Shown: positions 22,110 through 34,968, numbered from the stretch's first letter. The stretch is 35,831 bases of DNA from Octopus bimaculoides (GCF_001194135.2 NC_068981.1:18481831-18517661); one strand, 5' to 3'. Notes: generated by a model from the sequence alone, not told the origin. Made by a program: numbers and translations.

Positions 22110-22765
22110 TCCTATTCTAGTCTTTGCTTCTATATCTAGGACAGTTACGACTGGTTTCATTATATATAATGTTATCTAACTTCTTTCTAGCACCCCTGTA
22201 TACTCGAACCCTATCTTTCTGATCATATCCAGAGAATTGCATGCGGTGCATGAAGTTCTGTACATGTTTCTTCGTTTCATAGGGTTTGCATAGTGGGGAC
22301 ACGTTGTTCATTATCCTAACTAGGTCTGCTATCAGTATGTAAATTTTTATGTTGTGTGATAAAGTTGAGTTCTAGTGAACAACATATTTCGAAGCCATAG
22401 GTTTCATGTAATAGGACTGGAGAAGTTGCACTATGTTGCTCACAGTCTCTAACCAAAGTTCAGTATCAAGGACGGGGAGTCTATTGTTGGGGTACCTGGT
22501 GGGGTAATCTATAGTTACCTTGATTCTTTGGTGGATGGAGTTAGCTACTTGCTGGATGCTCTCCATTATGTTCCTACCAGTTTCTACATTACCGTTACTA
22601 GAGTTGGTCTTAACTATGATATTAATGTCATCTACATACCTACTGTAAAGTAGAAGAGTTGTGGACCATTCTGATAAGGATTGCTTAAGTTTTCTGTCCC
22701 AATAGGTCACGAAGAGGCCGATCACATCTCCAGCTACACCGACACCAATGGCTGCATATAATTAT
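22110..22765 (-). mobile_element. Penelope-like element reverse transcriptase fragment
   Basis: GDVIGLFVTYWDR...LLYSRYVDDINII...NSIHQRIKVTIDYP...LPVLDTELW...YYMKPMASK, then after one stop HRMQFSGYDQKDR (ORFs 22372-22725 and 22117-22311). It is truncated by SINEs on both sides. Confidence 0.9.
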
Positions 22766-22766
22766 A

Positions 22767-23180
22767 CTCTTTTACTCTTTTACTTGTTTCAGTCATTTGA
22801 CTGCGGCCATGCTGGAGCACTGCCTTTAGTCGAGCAAATCGACCCCAGGACTTATTCTTTGGAAGCCTAGTACTTATTCTATCGGTCTCTTTTGCCGAAC
22901 CGCTAAGTTACGTGGACGTAAACACACCAGCATCGGTTGTCAAGTGATGTTGAGTGGCACAAACACAGACACACAAACATATACACACACATACATATAT
23001 ATATATATACATATATACGACGGGCTTCTTTCAGTTTCCGTCTACCAAATCCACTCACAAGGTTTTGGTCGGCCCGAGGCTATAGTAGAAGACACTTGCC
23101 CAAGGTGCCACGCAGTGGGACTGAACCAAGAATCATGTGGTTGGTAAGCAAGCTACTTACCACACAACCACTCCTGCGCC
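22767..23180 (-). mobile_element. SINE family A, full length
   Basis: Reverse complement of the 7911-8330 family, from head to (AAAAGAGT)n tail. Confidence 0.93.
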
Positions 23181-23779
23181 TATATTATATATATATTTGT
23201 CAGCTGGAAAAAAAAAGGAAAAGACATTGGAATATGCATATCTTTACAGTTGATATTCTCAGTGGTTCTTTTAAGATACCCAGACTTCCCTCGATATGGT
23301 TGGAACTGAAAACCTGATAATTGCTCTCAGTTTGACATCTGCATCTGTCCTTGATAAACTATATTGATTGAAATACGCCACTGTGAAACAATGCAACTCG
23401 ATGCACAATATCCGTTGCCAGCAGCTATTAACATCAATAGCCTCATCGTTTGGTCAAATAATTTACAACTTAATTTAATTGTTAAATACTTTAAGAAGAT
23501 ATATTAATTATTTATTAATTATTTGTATCATGTATTAAACAGAAATTAGTTTCATGAGATTTTGAAGAATTAGTAGCTTTCCAAATACATAGAAGTACGC
23601 AGCTGTAATTTCATCTAATTAACACGATTTTTTGAAGTTCATTAGAGTTATATTATTTTAATATAACAAAACATTTTAGAATCAATATTATAATAAGATC
23701 GGTTTTAATTAATAGACTTTGTATGAATCAATTTAAAAGTAAGAAACTTTTATTGTAAATACAATATATATCTTAGATA

Positions 23780-24143
23780 TGTTGTTGGTACTCCGTCGCT
23801 TACGACGTCGAGGGTTCCAGTTGATCCGATCAACGGAACAGCCTGCTCGTGAAATCAACGTGCAAGTGGATGAGCACTACACAGATACGTGTACCCTTAA
23901 CGTAGTTCTCGGGGTTATTCAGCGTGACAAGGCTGACCCTTTGAATTACAGGCACAATAGAAACAGGAAGTAAGAGTGAGAGAAAGTTGTGGTGAAAGAG
24001 TACAGCAGGGTTCGCCACCATCCCCTGCCGGAGCCTCGTGTTTAGGTGTTTTCGCTCAATAAACACTCACAACGCCCGGTCTGGGAATCGAAACTACGAT
24101 CCTATGACCGCGGTCCGCTGCCCTAACCACTGGGCCATTGCGC
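23780..24143 (-). mobile_element. SINE family C, full length
   Basis: Closely similar to 1747-2125. Confidence 0.9.
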
Positions 24144-24329
24144 CTCTACTATCTGAGATATAGATAACTGTCATCAATTCAACATGATTTTTGTGGTGGT
24201 GCATTGTTCTTATTGGCATAATTCATCTAAATAAATAGGTGCCGTGAGAGACTTTAGTCCTCCTTTTTAAACAATAGCAACGTGCTTATATTGAATTCTA
24301 ACAATGGAGCAACGTAATCTTTATTTTTA

Positions 24330-24650
24330 ATCTTTCTCTTGTTTCATCCATTGGACTGTGGCCATGCTGGGGCACTGTCTTGAAGGGTTTAATCTAACTA
24401 ACCGACCGCAGTATTTTATTTTAAATCTGGCACTTACCATATCGGTTTCAGTCGCCGACCCTCTGATTTAAAGGGTCGTAAACAAACCAACACCGTTTGT
24501 CAAACATCGGAGAGGAAGAAACACATTCGTGCATGCGCGCGCGCGCGTTCGCGAAGTAAGCTTCCACGCAGTTTCCGCGTACCAGTTTCATTCACAAGGT
24601 ATTGATCAATCCGGGGCTATCGTAGAATTCACTTATCACTGTTGAGTGAT
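24330..24650 (-). mobile_element. Old diverged SINE family A-related copy
   Basis: TGTTTCATCCATTGGACTGTGGCCATGCTGGGGCAC...CCAACACCGTTTGTCAA...GTTTCCGCGTACCAGTTTCATTCACAAGG. Confidence 0.65.
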
Positions 24651-24817
24651 AATTTATTTCATTGTTTTCCCGGAATGTTCAAAGGCAAAATCAACCTCGA
24701 AATGATTTGAAATCAGAATGTAAATGGTCGTAATTAAATACTGCAAGGCATTTTCTTTGGTTCCTTAATTTGTTAATCTAATTTAGAGTCGACCAATCCA
24801 ACGTCTTGTGATTTCAT

Positions 24818-25787
24818 ATAATTACCTCCGCTTCCGCTAAGGCGGAGGTATTGTTTTCAGTCGCGTTTGTTTGTTTGTTTGTTTGTTTGCCTGTCCGTGG
24901 ACAAGATATCTCAAGAACCGCTGGATGGATTCGGACAAAACTTTCAGGGATGTTTTGCCTCGTGATTGGCACAAACTGATTAGATTTTGGGATCGATTGA
25001 GTACCGGACAAAGATTCTGGATTATTTTTCCGTTTTATTTTCACTTAATATTTGAGAGCGGTCGGGTTCATTTTTAGTATTGTCGTTTGAGAAAGCAGTC
25101 GAGTTTATTTCAGATATCCTCATTTTAAAAATCATCTCCGACTAATCGTTGAGAGGACGTTGGTGTTGCCTTGACAGAGGTTTGGGATCTTTTTTAAAAC
25201 GGGGGCCACATTTTTCATTAACGAAACACTTTGAAACTTGGAACACTGGTAGAATGTGTCATATAAAACATCTTTTTCTCTTCGTCTTCTTTAAAAAAGA
25301 AGAAATCCATAAGTTATTCCATGTTAAAGTTGTCGTATTTCTGTAATTTCAACCAATCACTGACGTCCATTCAGCCGATATACATTAAGTGCCGACTACA
25401 TAAACAAACGATTCTGAAACAATTAACCCTAACCCTAACCCTAGGGTTAGGGTTAGGGTTAGGGTTAAAGCAAATTTAAAATGAAAAAAACAAATAAAAC
25501 GAAGGTATGGAGATTAAATACGCTTTACATCGCTTAATCAGCCAAAGGAGTAAATGTAAACGACTGAATACTTGTCAGTGATTGGTTGAAATTATCGAAA
25601 TAAGACAATTTTTTACATGAAATAAATTCGAATACAAAAATATTTTTCTGTTCTATAACACAAAATAGATAAGTATACGAAGTTTGAAAGTCTTTCCGTA
25701 CCAAAAACACTACGTAAAACATTAATGAAAAATGTGGCCCCCGTTTTAAAATAGATCCGAGGTTTGTGCTCTCTGAGTGCTCTTGTT
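24818..25787 (+). mobile_element. Helentron-associated (HINE/DINE-1-like) non-autonomous element, interrupted by a MITE
   Basis: 5' subterminal hairpin ACCTCCGC...GCGGAGGT, a (GTTT)n microsatellite, and a 3' partial repeat GCCTTGACAGAGGTTTGTGCTCTCTGAGTGCTCTTGTT once the MITE is removed. Confidence 0.7.
25185..25758. mobile_element. MITE with an 8-bp TSD and a telomere-repeat core, copy 2 (inverted relative to copy 1)
   Basis: 35-bp TIR GGATCT(T/A)TTTTAAAACGGGGGCCACATTTTTCATT. The TSD GAGGTTTG is at 25177-25184 and 25759-25766. The interior is homologous to 11683-12453, with a central (CCCTAA)n-CCCTAGGG-(TTAGGG)n. Confidence 0.9.
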
Positions 25788-25860
25788 AAATGTTTTATTA
25801 ACTTGTGTTGCTTAGCTCAGATTTTATCCAATCTTTGGTATCCTGTATCCTACAATGTGA

Positions 25861-26000
25861 AGGCTCGCGGTCTAGCGTTTAGGGTGTTGGACTCATAATT
25901 GTAAGGTAGTGGTTTCGATTTCAGACCGCATAATGTGCTGTGTTCTTGAGCAAAACACTTCATTCTACGTTGCTCCAGTCCACTCTGCTGAAAATGAGAT
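25861..26000 (+). mobile_element. Diverged partial SINE family D
   Basis: GGTTTCGATTTCAGACC...GTGTTCTTGAGCAAAACACTT...CGTTGCTCCAGT is shared with 26706-27022. Confidence 0.7.
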
Positions 26001-26454
26001 CCAACAACTGCTGGACTGGTCTCGGTCGCTTATACACCATGGAAACCTAAATAAGTTCTGCCCACAGATCTAAGACCAAAGATAGTCGACCATAATCTTC
26101 AAATGGTGGATTCCTACTCTTCTCCACACCAGTCTTCTTCATTTCACGCTATTTCACGCTCCCTTATCAATCTCAACACTCTTCACAACCCTCACTTTTA
26201 TTCGCTATATTCTACTGCCAGCATTACTAAAGTTGGTAGTATGCGAGTACACCATATCATCAGCTTTTCTCTGCTGCCTGTCATTACTCTCTCTTCTTCG
26301 AGCCACTTGCTCCTGACACCCATCACTTACACTTACCCTTGTGTACATCTAATACTATCCATCACTATCTACTACCCTTCATCTCTATCACTCGGGTTTT
26401 TACCATAATACTCTTGTTACTTCTAGTGACTCATCCTGATCTTTAGAACATCAT

Positions 26455-26525
26455 TCTCTCTCTCTCACTCTCTTTCTCACCCTCTTTCTCACTCTCTCTC
26501 TCACTCTCTTTCTCTCTCTCTCTCA

Positions 26526-26582
<57 letters not shown>
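26455..26582. repeat. (CT)n microsatellite
   Basis: Read directly from the sequence. Confidence 0.97.
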
Positions 26583-26705
26583 GCTGTCTTGCAGCCAACC
26601 TCTTTGAGCGAACGAACGCATGATAAAGTTGTGATGACTCGCAAGATAATAAGATCACTCGTGTTTTTGCAACGATATAATGCATCAAGTACTTTCTGTA
26701 GTAAA

Positions 26706-27022
26706 GGCGCATGGCTCAGTGGTTAGAGTGTCAAGCTTACAATCGTGAGGTTATGAGTTCGATTCCCGGACCGGGCTGTGTGTTGTGTTCTTGAGCAAGA
26801 CACTTTATTTCACGTTGCTCCAGTTAACTCAGCTGTGTTGCGACACCAGTGGTGCCAAGCTGTATCGGTCTTTCCCTTGGATAACATCAGTGGTGTGGAG
26901 AGGGGAAGCTGGTATGCATGGGCGACTGCTGGCCTTCCACAAACAATCCTGCCCTGACTTGTGCCTCGGAGAGTAACTTTCTAGGTGCAATCCCATCGTC
27001 ATTCATGACCGAAGGGGTTCTC
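26706..27022 (+). mobile_element. tRNA-derived SINE family D
   Basis: A box TGGCTCAGTGG, B box AGTTCGATTCC, central GTTCTTGAGCAAGACACTTTATTTCACGTTGCTCCAG, 3' GTGCAATCCCAT.GTCATTCATGACCGAAGGGG. Confidence 0.85.
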
Positions 27023-27575
27023 CTCCACTCTCTATAAAGTAGTTGGCGAAGGACCAGAGTTAACATAATTTTGCGAGTACCCTTAAGTCTTGTTCAGGGC
27101 ATAACAAAATCTCCAGTGCTTGTGCTACCATAAAATATACTCAGTACACTTTGTAAAGTGTTATGAGAGCAGTAACTCCGAATTGGAAATGGCTCGGACC
27201 ATGAAGTTACACCCAGCCAGTGATAATACAGAAAGTGGGTGTAAAATGATGATGGAGATGATATAGCACTTTGTAGAATATAGATTATTTCTCAGAGTTT
27301 CATACCCAGTTAGTTTATTAGACATCCATCAAATAATAACTTGGCTAATCAACTTTAAATCCTTGTTTGCTCATTTCTCAGCTGATTCTCGCTGTAATAA
27401 AAACCTTTTGTATTATCGTAAAAGAACATTTCTGTCTGAAGATCAGTCACGTGAAACTCGGAATAACGGTTTGTGGAGGTTTTTTTTTTATCATCAATAT
27501 AACACTACATATAACCCTACATTTGGTATTCGAGTGCTATTTTCCTTACCTTACTTAGCACTTACGTGTTCGAAC

Positions 27576-27607
<32 letters not shown>

Positions 27608-28392
27608 CGCTCATTCTCTAAGTTTGAGCTCTATTCACAAGTGGTTGAATAAAAAAACTGAAAATCGAACTGTATCTCCTGAACTTTTCAGCTAAGAATA
27701 CATCCTCATACCATCAAGCAATGTTTGAAAAACCTAAGATTTTTTTTTTCACTCAGAAGGATTTTATTTACAGAAGAATAATGCGTGTATAATTCTTCGA
27801 TGCGGAGCTGCAGCAGAATAACGCAGATACTAAGTATGAATTCAAACTAAGAAAAACCCTCGAGCCATTAGGAATCTAGAACCTTTTGAAAATGACCACT
27901 TCCATTTCATAAGAAGAATTAAATTCTGGAAAGTTGATAACAACGTCCAGTGGGCACTTAGTAATATCTCACAATTTGTTTGGAATTTCAGGAAAATCTT
28001 CATCCTGTCAAACAAGATAAGGAACCTCTATACTGGCGACAATGACTTAAATAATAGATTCCTTTCAAACAGTTTCACTGACGCATACAAGAAAGCAAAT
28101 CCAAGGATATCACCACTGATCTAAACATGAGTGGTGGAGTGGAATATCTTCCTTACGTAAATCTTTTATTACATTGAATGACCACAAAGTTAATTTTAGT
28201 AATAACCCTAAATTTAGATTAATTAGCACCGCCTAAACGGAAATAGGAATAATTTGTAAGCATATTTCAGTTACTACCTTACCTAAAATAAGGAATGTTA
28301 TGGAGATCTACTTATGGGGTAACTGCGTTCTTTGTCAGAGTCGTTGTTGTAGCCATAATGCTCTGTTGATCTGATGAGCCAACCTTCTTTAT

Positions 28393-28979
28393 TTACTATT
28401 TTACTCTTTTACTTGTTTCAGTCATTTGACTGCGGCCATGCTGGGGCACCGCCTTTAGTCGAGCAAATCGCCCCCAGGACTTATTCTTTGTAAGCCTAGT
28501 ACTTATTCTATCGGTCTATTTTTGCCGAACCACTAAGTTACGGGGACGTAAACACACCAGCGTCGGTTGTCAAGNNNNNNNNNNNNNNNNNNNNNNNNNN
28601 NNNNNNNNNNNNNNNNNNNNNNNNNNNNNNNNNNNNNNNNNNNNNNNNNNNNNNNNNNNNNNNNNNNNNNNNNNNNNNNNNNNNNNNNNNNNNNNNNNNN
28701 NNNNNNNNNNNNNNNNNNNNNNNNNNNNNNNNNNNNNNNNNNNNNNNNNNNNNNNNNNNNNNNNNNNNNNNNNNNNNNNNNNNNNNNNNNNNNNNNNNNN
28801 TATATATACATATATACGACGGGCTTCTTTCAGTTTCCGTCTACCAAATCCACTCACAAGGCTTTGGTCGGCCCGAGGCTATAATAGAAGACACCTGCCC
28901 AAGGTGCCACGCAGTGGGACTGAACCCAGAACCATGTGGTTGGTAAGCAAGCTACTTACCACACAACCACTCCTACGCC
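28393..28979 (-). mobile_element. SINE family A with an assembly gap (N 28575-28800) at its internal microsatellite
   Basis: The tail lies left of the gap and the head right of it, both matching 22767-23180. Confidence 0.9.
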
Positions 28980-29192
28980 TAGATTTGTGAAAATAAAATG
29001 GTATCGTATAATGCCGAGCATGCACATTCATGCAAACACGTAAGCGCAATTTCTTCCGAGCTGAAATTAATATTACATCAATAAGGTTGCGTTAATGGTC
29101 ATAATCCTATGAATTTCACATGGTTAGATAAATATATATTCATCCCTCATACTTTCTGACTTTTATGGTTTATGTATGTATGTATGCATGTA

Positions 29193-29711
29193 CTAGCTGA
29201 CGTACCCGGTAATTCCCGGAAAAGCGGGGCTTATCCCTTGGTTTCGTTCTCATAATTGTTTCGCTAATCCAATAACAACAAAACAAGGTATGTAGCCCTT
29301 GAAACGGTTTTTATGCATTTACGGAGAATACCGGACTGTCTTACACAGCACCTTGTTTTTAGGAATTCCCATTATGTTATGAATATCCAAATTGTGAAGT
29401 CAGTTGTGTAATAACATGAAATTAGTTACCTGATAGTTATAATTCAAATAAAGTAGCTTCGAAAAGGACTTTAATGGGTTCCCAGAGTATATAGAACTTA
29501 GGAGGAAATACTAATAATGTATGTATACTAAAATCGTGAAGCATGTTACGTAATAACTGGCTAATCAGATATGATATAATAACAATTCAAAGTAAATAAT
29601 TCTGAAAAGGGCTTTTGTGCATTCCCAGAGAATATTACCCTCAGGGGCGCTAGTGTTGAAATAGATTTACAATGGATGTAGAAACAGACTGACATTTCGT
29701 TTTACAGTAGA
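29193..29711 (-). mobile_element. Non-autonomous Helitron-like element
   Basis: The minus-strand 3' end reads TCCGG-GAATTA-CCGGG-TACGTCAG-CTAG|T, a hairpin followed by CTAG and T. The putative 5' end is TCTAC...AAAACGAAATGTC. The 5' boundary is less certain. Confidence 0.65.
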
Positions 29712-29799
29712 CATACAAATGAATTTACACTCACACGCCTAAATTCAGTTCTTATCACTTCAGTTCGACCGCTTGGCGTTTTGATGATATTAAAAATAT

Positions 29800-30900
29800 T
29801 AACGTGAACAAGAGGAAAGTTTTCGAAATTTTTTTGCGCGTGTTTAATACGTTTTGCGACTACTTTTTATTTCTTAAGATGGAACCTTTACAAAATAATA
29901 TATTCACTTTTGTTGAGAAGCAAAAGTTACAACAATCGTTACCCTATTTGTAAGGCTTTGAATGTTGTAATCCAATCCGAATAATTTCATAATTTTAAAC
30001 ATTGTCACTTTTCGACGATATTTTGATAACACGTGAGTCCCCAGATATTAACAGATTTTTAAAAGAATTTTGATTCTGATTAAATCATCTTTTAAATTCA
30101 TTTCTATTCAATCTTCAAAAACTGAATTATTATCTGTAAATACTTTTTCACAATAAGTTATTGAATTTGAAAGATATGAATTATTTAATTGGCAATCTTC
30201 GGGGTAAAGATAGTTATATGAGTCAAGATTGTTACACTAGATGGTTAATATTTTTGCTATTGACGTATGCTAAATCTTTTGACGAAACTACATTAAAACT
30301 GAAACTACATTAAACGATATTTTCGTTAAAATTTCTAAAATTATCATCATTCGGAGAGTATTTATTTAATAAGCAAATGAACTGTTTAGCGATACATGTA
30401 CTTACGTGGAGACTGAATGGTGAATTGAAGTAAATAATTTCACGTTTTCCATTTTATGTGTCTGAGAAATAAAATTTTTCATATAACTGGTTCTGTCTTT
30501 AAACCTATTTAGTTTTATCGCTTCGTTGTAATAATATGATATTATTTAGAAGTAAGATCATTCGAATGAAATACTGAATAACGTATACTAATGTTTTTCA
30601 TTAAATAATTGATTCTGGCAGACAGATGTTTTGAGGTTTATTAACGTAATTAAAGTCATTTTTCCATTGTTTCTTAAAATGGTAAGCATTTATTGGGTTT
30701 TAGATCTTGAAAATTACTTATATTTTAAAATTGTCTTTAAAACTTTCGAAATAATTTTCCACTGAAAAGGAATCCGTACACAATACAACCGTTTGCCGGA
30801 AATTTTTCCTTCATTCACGAAATGAGTTTCTAAATTTGCTGAGTCGTTATATACCATTACATGTACGTACTCTACAGATATAGATTGATCTGTAGATCGA
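29800..30900 (-). mobile_element. Decayed Penelope-like element C-terminal region (linker and GIY-YIG endonuclease)
   Basis: KREIIYFNSPFSLHVSTCIAKQF..L (cf. RKIIWFNPPFS..V.TNI.K.F), EDCQLNN.YLSNSITY, and SKPYK.GNDCCNFC..K...L...RNK. Multiple stops and frameshifts. Confidence 0.72.
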
Positions 30901-31664
30901 TAGAATATGGTCATAGTTATTGATTGATCCTGAAATAGTCATGCGTTTCAATGTGTCCGGCTGATTAACAATAACAGTACTGTCATATTGTGATAAATGG
31001 TTGATCTGACACGTTGAGTTCTTGATATTCTTGTTTAGCCCAGGTCAATCCTGACCGAGGAAATCGACCTATGATCAAAATCAAATCTATTCATGACCAT
31101 TCTGTCCGGTTAGAGTTATCTGAGACTACACAATCTGATATATCACTGATTTTTTTGAAGGCCGTGTAGTGTGATTTTAGGGAGATTTATCTACTATTTC
31201 TAGTAAGTCATATGATCAAGTAGAGGTTCCCTCATTGATTGTTGTCCGTCTGTTATAGACTGATGGAGAGTTGATAGCTGTTTTTGTATGTTGTGATATT
31301 TAGAATTTACATGACTAATGGTAGACTGATAGATAATGGTAGTCCTTTCATATTGTATTATTTCATACTAGACCGAAATGTCCAGTTGTTGTTGGCTGAT
31401 CGATAGATGATAGCTGTCATGTGATACGGTGATATATCTTATATTAGACTGAGATGTCCAACTTGATATCAAAATCTGGACGGCATCTGGACGGAAAAGA
31501 AATTAAACAATCATATATAAAATAATAAAATGTCAAATGAAAATAGCAAGAACCAATTCTGGTAATAATAGGTGTCTTGGGAATGATTAAAAAGAGGAAA
31601 AGACTAATATATAACCAAAAGCTGTACACACACACACGTACACACACACACATGCACACACATA

Positions 31665-31729
<65 letters not shown>

Positions 31730-31927
31730 GAACGACATGCAGAGAACAGAACAACGAGTGTGTGTACGTATCTTATTACGAGTAGTTTCAATACAATAAA
31801 AAAAGCACAAATAAATAAAGCCTTCATAGCTGAAAGTATGTCATAAGAATAAAACTATCGCAATAATAATAATAACAACAACAACAACAGCAGCAGCAGC
31901 AGCAGCAGCAGCAACAGCAACGCTCTT

Positions 31928-32342
31928 AGAATTGGAAAAGGCAAGAAAATGGTATAAACATGAGCCAACGGGTGTGGTAGAAAATGACAGATCAAAATTT
32001 CCATGGTCCAATGTGATCATGGATTCGGACATTGGAAATCTGATATTGTGCTGGGAGATAATGAGGAGGGGGTTAAATCATGTCTGATCTCAGACATCGC
32101 GTGTCTTGGAGACAGAAGAAACGTGGAAAAAGAAGAAAAATTGGCAAGAAATGAACCTCTGATGAGATAAATCAAAAGCCCTGGTCAGTGGAAAAAGGTG
32201 TATACTGTGTCAATACCAATTGGCTCCCAAGGAGCAGTGAACAATAAAATTAAAAAGTGGTAGGAAAATAGAGCACATCCAGAAAATGGCATTACTTAGC
32301 CGCGCGAAGAATCTCCACGAGGTTTTCGAGATGCAGATAAAA
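31928..32342 (+). mobile_element. R4/Dong-like RLE non-LTR retrotransposon C-terminal fragment
   Basis: KWYKHEP..VVENDRSK..W, a frameshift, then QCDH...KSDIVL...CLISDIAC.GD...EKEEK..., IGSQGAV, IEHIQKMALL. Confidence 0.8.
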
Positions 32343-32439
32343 ACTTACCACCTTAGTTCATGGGAAGTGAATAGCTGGTACATTAGTAGCACTTCCAGCC
32401 ATCAGCTATAGCAGATACAACAACAAGAACGATAATAAT

Positions 32440-32642
32440 AATGGCTTCAAATTTGCCGCAAGGGCAGCAAGTTTGAGGGAGGGGATGAGTCGATTACATC
32501 GACCCCCAGAGTTCAACTGGTGCTTATTTTATCGACCCCGAAAAGTAAAGTCGATCTCGGTGGAATTTGAACTTAGAAAGTGAGGACGGACGAAATGCCG
32601 CGAAGCATTTTGCCAGGCGTGCTAACGGTTCCGCCAGCTCGT
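32440..32642 (-). mobile_element. Diverged SINE family B
   Basis: GTCGATTACATCGACCCC...TTTTATCGACCCCGAAA...GGCGTGCTAACGGTTCCGCCAGCTCG. Confidence 0.85.
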
Positions 32643-32644
32643 CG

Positions 32645-32647
<3 letters not shown>

Positions 32648-32708
<61 letters not shown>

Positions 32709-33620
32709 TTCATTTACTGGCCACTAGGGCCAACATATAGGGGACAATGCAGCAGACGGAGACAAAGCAACGAGTAAACAATTAGGGAAACAGTACCAAT
32801 AAACAATAAACAAGAAATATATAACAATGAGATTTCCCCAATAGGGAGATGACCACCCAGGGTTGGCTCAGGTACCCCACCAATCTGAACCACACGACGC
32901 TTCGAGGGTACTCGGAAGGAGTACACCTTTCCTCCTCAAATTCACCTATGCTAGACCCACCAACCTGGTCTTCGCTCGATCCAGGGCTAAAAAAAAAGAG
33001 ACGAGTTTTGGAGCAATGTGCTTTATAAATGGTGGAAATACCTCCTCATCGTCTAAGAGTCTATGAAAAAGTTACAATATGAACGCATTCCAGTGTATCA
33101 TTGGTCTCAGAAAAGCAAGCCGTCCGTGCAGGTGTTGGCAGCAAATTGACATCCAGCCAAGAGAAGCCGTATAAGAATAGAAAGAGCAGACGTTCCAACT
33201 TGGTCCGATATAATTTGGAGCAAGGCATCACAATCAGCTGATAATATATGACTGAAATGTTGCACGCATTTGCTAATTTTTTTGATTTATCAGCCACAGC
33301 TTCAAAGACATTTGTTATCTACCTAGAAGTCTGGTCTGAAGCAGACCCTAAGTAATTTAACTGGACTGTTGGTCCAGTACAGATGACACTGCCGCTGGCT
33401 AGCATGAACTTGACTTCCCAGGGTTCCCAGTTGTATGCTCATCAACTCCTTGAAATGTACTTGTAAGTGTTCTTTCCTCTCTCTGCTTTCAGAATCATTT
33501 CTTTTGGAAGGAATATTAGACATGACACCACAATATTCACCACCATGTATGTGGCGCTTCGCCTTCGATTGGATAGAACGTTCTTTGTGGAACCTTGTTA
33601 TTTTCCTAAACAATCAAATT
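32648..33620 (-). mobile_element. Heavily decayed RTE-like LINE 3' end with an (ATT)n tail
   Basis: Scattered RT C-terminal motifs (LNYLGS, RTKL, LYGFSW, TRL.FF) run toward a 3' UTR ending in (ATT)n at 32648-32710. Confidence 0.45.
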
Positions 33621-34299
33621 CTCCATGAGGATTAGTGGGTATTGTAGTTATTGTGTTATGACCAGTGAAATTAATTGTGTTTGTGCAGGGTATGGTGGAT
33701 GTGTTCTTGCTACGGTTGTTGGTTTGTTGTTGCCAATACTGTTGGTGCCAAACGGCTACAATAACCATGAGATAAAGATGCCAGCTGTTGAAGATGCTAA
33801 ATTTCTACTACTGTGTTTTTCGCGGCCATCGCCACCGCCATCATATTCAAATTGATGACACAAGTGTTAATGTACTTGATGGTGGAGCTGGCGATCTTAA
33901 ACGTCATTAGCGGCGCCACTGATTACTGGAATGAATTTCGGTGGAAAAACCACAACCTTTTTTTCTTCTTTTTGTTTCATTGAAAGGGCTTCATACCTTC
34001 AACCGTCACTTTCCCTTTTCCTTGCCTGTCTTTCTGGTTTTCAAGATAATAAATAAATGAAAAAGAAATCAAATAGAATAAATATATGACGCTTTATCAA
34101 AATAATTATTTGTTAAATGAAATTTTAAAAAGTGTGCCTTCAGGGGGCTGTTGTACACTTGTACAGCGAGTCTAACAAAAAAAATATGCGCGTTCTATGA
34201 TGCATTTCAAAAGCATGATTCATCGTTCAGCAATAACAGCAAAAGCAACTTCAGCAGCATCAGCAGCAGTAGGAGCAGCAGCAACAACAACAACAATAA

Positions 34300-34505
34300 T
34301 GATCTAAATTTGGGCAGAAGGTCAGTGTTTTAAGAAATGGGGAGTTAGTCGATTATATCGACCTCAGCCTTGCCTGGTACTTTTTGTTATTAACCCGCAA
34401 AAGGATGAAAGGCAAAGTTGACCTCGGTGACATCCGAACTTAGAATGTACAGAGCCGGAAAAAAATGCAATATCACATTTTCTCCGATGCCCTAACGATT
34501 CTGCC
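34300..34505 (-). mobile_element. Diverged SINE family B
   Basis: GTCGATTATATCGACC...GGATGAAAGGCAAAGTTGACCTCGG...CTAACGATTCTGCC. Confidence 0.8.
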
Positions 34506-34901
34506 CGCAGGGACTTCGTCATATAGACTGCCTACACTATTGAGGCAAGACGGCCAGGCATAATTACAGAAGACAAAATAAGCAAACAGTATAAGATCTC
34601 TTTTACTCTTTTACTTGTTTCAGTCATTTGACTGCGGCCATGTTTTATTAAACATCCTTAAACAACCTTTATTCAAGGACCATTTGAGCGGGAGGGTCTA
34701 CTCGACCTGAAGAAAATTCTAACTGGGCCCCACCTGCAGGGTCATGCGCTGTTGATCTTGATATGAGATCACTATGTCGTGCACATATGGTTGTGATGCA
34801 TGTGCCTGGTGTACCCTTATCAGACGGGTAGTCATGATGGGTATAATGGGCTTCGTATGTTTAACCCCAGAATCACTTTGATGGCATGCACTGGTCTCTC
34901 A

Positions 34902-34968
<67 letters not shown>

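Noticed and set aside
32159-32178. CTGATGA-GAT-AA-ATC-AAAA hammerhead-like string
   Set aside because: It lacks G12, has no cleavage triplet or stem I, and lies inside LINE coding sequence.
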